This document shows, one piece after another, positions 63,601 through 64,000 of a DNA stretch of 64,000 bases. Every line of letters starts with the position of its first letter. The stretch's first letter is position 1. A program made the translations under genes and the position numbers. The stretch lies in contig CM060732.1 in NCBI GenBank assembly GCA_030704615.1, forward strand, positions 70,742,001 through 70,806,000, in the 5' to 3' direction. Source of the DNA: Takakia lepidozioides. Lineage: Eukaryota > Plantae > Bryophyta. A model generated the notes under the pieces. That model saw only the letters and a list, made by a program, of their open reading frames with translations, was not told the origin of the DNA and ran no database searches.

Positions 63601-64000
63601 TCGAGCTGTGGCTCCCTCCTTCCGTGACTCCAATTTCAGATGCAGCAAAAGGCCACTTCTGACTCTGGGTACACTTTACCAGGTCAAACAGAGGTTCCAC
63701 AATCTCTTGTCTGCAAACACAAATACTACCACTGGTTAACCAGTAAAACACCAAAGAAGGGACTCGGCCACCTTGTCAACACTGCTATGTCAACATCAAT
63801 AATAAACAACATAAATACAAACAAACCAAAAAGTGCAAGCCACCGCTTTGAAAAATGTGCACACTAAAGTCCTTCACCACAACACTCCAGAAATAACATG
63901 AAAAGCTCAGAACCTCTCGTCCAAATCAGGCAGCCACAGTAGCACCTCCAGCAAGGCAGCAGCAGAGGACACCTGCCGATGAGGTACAGGCCAGGCTGCA
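57685..64000 (-). CDS. UTP10: U3 snoRNA-associated protein 10 / HEATR1, 3' portion. Approximate exons: 63914-64000, 63509-63710, 63096-63281, 62605-62700, 62426-62493, 61941-62250, 61213-61389, 60385-61059, 59770-60182, 58979-59225, 58556-58756, 57685-57915
   Basis: BP28CT segment LVMKLSESSFKPMFMKLLEWA; FVPYFGYLLDG; LWKPLNHEVLM; C-terminal YLVLLPETIPFLAELLE...LSGETLSQYF*; splice sites keep the frame. Confidence 0.95.
59521..59545. repeat. (GA)n microsatellite in a UTP10 intron
   Basis: gagagagaga... about 12 units. Confidence 0.9.

Overview
Eukaryotic, transposon-rich nuclear DNA from a land plant, most likely a seed-free lineage (inferred from the style of the PLS-type PPR-DYW repeats and the gene structures). 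Apparently intact host genes: a 4-exon 2-oxoglutarate/Fe(II) dioxygenase (16082-18427 +), signal peptidase subunit SPC12/SPCS1 (37552-37848 -) and the 3' part of UTP10/HEATR1 (57685-64000 -). Also present are a CYP77/89-like P450 pseudogene and a tandem pair of unusual XS-domain/coiled-coil/RING genes, one near-intact and one decayed. The rest is nested mobile DNA: MULE/SWIM transposase relics, L1-type LINEs, a Helitron fragment, two tRNA-derived SINE families and several MITE families with readable TIRs/TSDs. Three observations stand out. (1) A retroelement relic encodes a retropepsin followed by a C5 cytosine methyltransferase (GWPCQ, ENV and RxRxxWTN motifs) at 1-1800. (2) A 5.6-kb TIR element with an 8-bp TSD splits a LINE ORF1 in frame and carries fragments of a PDF-motif + PPR + DYW RNA-editing-factor gene (48096-53720). 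(3) The XS-coiled-coil-RING gene looks like an SGS3/IDN2-type RNA-binding module fused to a putative E3 ligase. All calls come from manual reading; no database searches were run.
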